Part shown: piece by piece, positions 22,555 to 24,000 of the stretch | Layout: each line of letters opens with the position of its first letter | Numbering within the stretch: position 1 is the stretch's first letter | Source: Phreatobacter sp. | Lineage (GTDB): Bacteria; Pseudomonadota; Alphaproteobacteria; Rhizobiales; Phreatobacteraceae | Direction: 5' to 3' | Assembly: GCF_051860605.1 (NCBI RefSeq) | Contig: NZ_JBHYDR010000010.1 | Coordinates: 78,346 to 102,345, forward strand | DNA length: 24,000 nt | Position numbers and translations under genes: made by a program | The notes under the pieces: generated by a model | Told to the model about the DNA's origin: nothing | The model's database searches: none | Seen by the model: only the letters and a program-made list of their open reading frames with translations

Positions 22555-23637
22555 GTGACCGATACTCCGAAGACCGGGCCGACCAACGGCCTCACCTATG
22601 CGCAGGCGGGCGTCGACATCGACGCCGGCAACCGGCTGGTCGACATGATCAAGCCGATGGTGAGGGCGACCGCACGTCCCGGGGCCGATGCCGAGATCGG
22701 CGGGTTCGGCGGCCTGTTCGACCTGAAGGCGGCCGGCTTCACGGACCCCGTTCTGGTCGCGGCGAATGACGGCGTCGGCACCAAGATCAAGATCGCCATC
22801 GAGACGGGCCGACATGGCACGATCGGCATCGACCTCGTGGCCATGTGCGTCAACGATCTCGTGGTCCAGGGTGCCGAGCCGCTGTTCTTCCTCGACTATT
22901 TCGCCACCGGCAAGCTGGCGCCTGAAGCGGCCGCCGAGGTGGTGCTCGGCATTGCCGCCGGCTGCCGGCAGGCCGGCTGCGCGCTGATCGGCGGCGAGAC
23001 GGCGGAAATGCCGGGCCTCTATGCCGCGGGCGACTATGACCTGGCCGGCTTCTCGGTCGGCGCGGCCGAGCGGGGCACGCTGCTGCCGCGCGCGGATGTG
23101 GCTGAAGGCGACGTGGTGCTCGGGCTTGCCTCCTCCGGCGTCCATTCGAACGGCTATTCGCTGGTCAGGAAGATCGTGACCGTCTCCGGCCTCGGCTGGG
23201 ACGCCCCTGCCCCCTTCGCGCCGGACCGCACGCTGGGCGAGGCGCTGCTCGAGCCGACACGCATCTATGTGAAGAGCATTTTGGCCGCCCATCGCGGCAC
23301 CGGGGCCATCAAGGCGCTCGCCCATATCACCGGCGGCGGGTTCGTCGACAACATTCCGCGCGTGCTGCCGGATGGGCTGGGTGTGACGGTGAACCTCGAC
23401 GCCGTGCCGGTGCCGAAGGTTTTCGGCTGGCTGGCAAAGGTCGGCGGGCTGGACCAGGCCGAAATGGTGCGCACCTTCAACTGCGGGATCGGCATGGTGG
23501 TGGTGGTTGCGCCCAGCGAGGCGGAAGCGGTGCGGACCGCCCTCGCCGCTGCCGGAGAGACGGTGGTGACCTTCGGAACGATCGTGCCGGCCGCCAGCGA
23601 GCCGCGCGTCACCTTCACCGGGGCGCTGGCGCTGTGA
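22555..23637 (+). CDS. purM: Phosphoribosylformylglycinamidine cyclo-ligase (AIR synthetase)
   Basis: 360-aa ORF with a GTG start at 22555: [14 protein letters not shown]...GGFGGLFDL...[10 protein letters not shown]...[29 protein letters not shown], the canonical PurM. Confidence 0.95.
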   Translation: MTDTPKTGPTNGLTYAQAGVDIDAGNRLVDMIKPMVRATARPGADAEIGGFGGLFDLKAAGFTDPVLVAANDGVGTKIKIAIETGRHGTIGIDLVAMCVNDLVVQGAEPLFFLDYFATGKLAPEAAAEVVLGIAAGCRQAGCALIGGETAEMPGLYAAGDYDLAGFSVGAAERGTLLPRADVAEGDVVLGLASSGVHSNGYSLVRKIVTVSGLGWDAPAPFAPDRTLGEALLEPTRIYVKSILAAHRGTGAIKALAHITGGGFVDNIPRVLPDGLGVTVNLDAVPVPKVFGWLAKVGGLDQAEMVRTFNCGIGMVVVVAPSEAEAVRTALAAAGETVVTFGTIVPAASEPRVTFTGALAL

Positions 23638-24000
23638 GCCGCAAGCGCGTCGCCGTGCTGATCTCCGGGCGCGGATCCAACATGGCCGCGCTCGTCGAGG
23701 CGGCGAAGGCGCCCGACTATCCCGCCGAGATCGCCCTCGTGCTGTCGAACGTGCCCGGCGCCGGCGGGCTGGCGCTGGCCGAGGCGAACGGCATCGCCAC
23801 CGCGACCGTCGACCACACGCGCTTCGGCAAGGATCGCGAGGCTTTCGAGCGCGCGGTGCAGGCGGAACTCGAGGCCCACCGGATCGACATCGTCTGCCTC
23901 GCCGGCTTTCTGCGCATCCTCACCCCCTGGCTGGTGGCGAAGTGGGAGGGACAGATGATCAACATCCACCCCTCGCTGCTGCCCGCCTACAAGGGCCTCG
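23634..24000 (+). CDS. purN: Phosphoribosylglycinamide formyltransferase (partial, runs off window end)
   Basis: Not in the ORF track because there is no stop in the window. Hand translation from GTG 23634, which overlaps the purM TGA (GTGA): [61 protein letters not shown]...[35 protein letters not shown], carrying the PurN G-S-N and HPSLLP motifs. Confidence 0.9.
   Translation, partial: MSRKRVAVLISGRGSNMAALVEAAKAPDYPAEIALVLSNVPGAGGLALAEANGIATATVDHTRFGKDREAFERAVQAELEAHRIDIVCLAGFLRILTPWLVAKWEGQMINIHPSLLPAYKGL

Noticed and set aside
20061-22769. 902-aa plus-strand ORF
   Set aside because: It is the antisense shadow of the malic enzyme gene and runs into purM in the wrong frame. No motifs are present.

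Overview
Very GC-rich window with GC3-saturated codons. Its gene content and order look alphaproteobacterial, probably Hyphomicrobiales/Rhizobiales (inferred, no search run). Most of it is core housekeeping. On the minus strand: acpS, a small membrane protein, pyrE, the rpoZ-spoT/rsh stringent-response locus, smpB-dapA, and a chimeric malic enzyme. On the plus strand: a NYN-domain protein plus a family-4/5 uracil-DNA glycosylase, a presequence-bearing Fe/Mn-type SOD, slt, and purM-purN. There is also a divergent HxlR/dienelactone-hydrolase pair and a CSS-EAL c-di-GMP phosphodiesterase. Two edge-truncated CDSs missing from the ORF track were found by hand translation (1..360 minus; purN 23634..24000 plus). 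The clearly non-core stretch is about 2.0-6.9 kb, between spoT and pyrE. It holds (a) a YflT-like stress protein followed by a sugar-kinase-fold (ASKHA/ROK-like) protein whose motif order suggests circular permutation. It also holds (b) a cassette of about 3 kb with two adjacent secreted proteins that share an unassigned 4-Cys N-terminal module, one ending in a ricin-type lectin domain. This cassette is bracketed by direct repeats of the pyrE leader hairpin, and at its far end sits a low-GC, truncated pyrE-like ORF. No integrase or transposase, CRISPR array, tRNA or rRNA was seen. Other non-genic structure: four 11-bp boxes phased every 20 bp followed by a hairpin plus T6; a REP-like array with a 43-bp perfect inverted repeat between the SOD gene and smpB; and a hairpin plus U4 between rpoZ and spoT. 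All family calls come from motif recognition by eye. Many long ORFs in the track are antisense or read-through artefacts of the high GC content.
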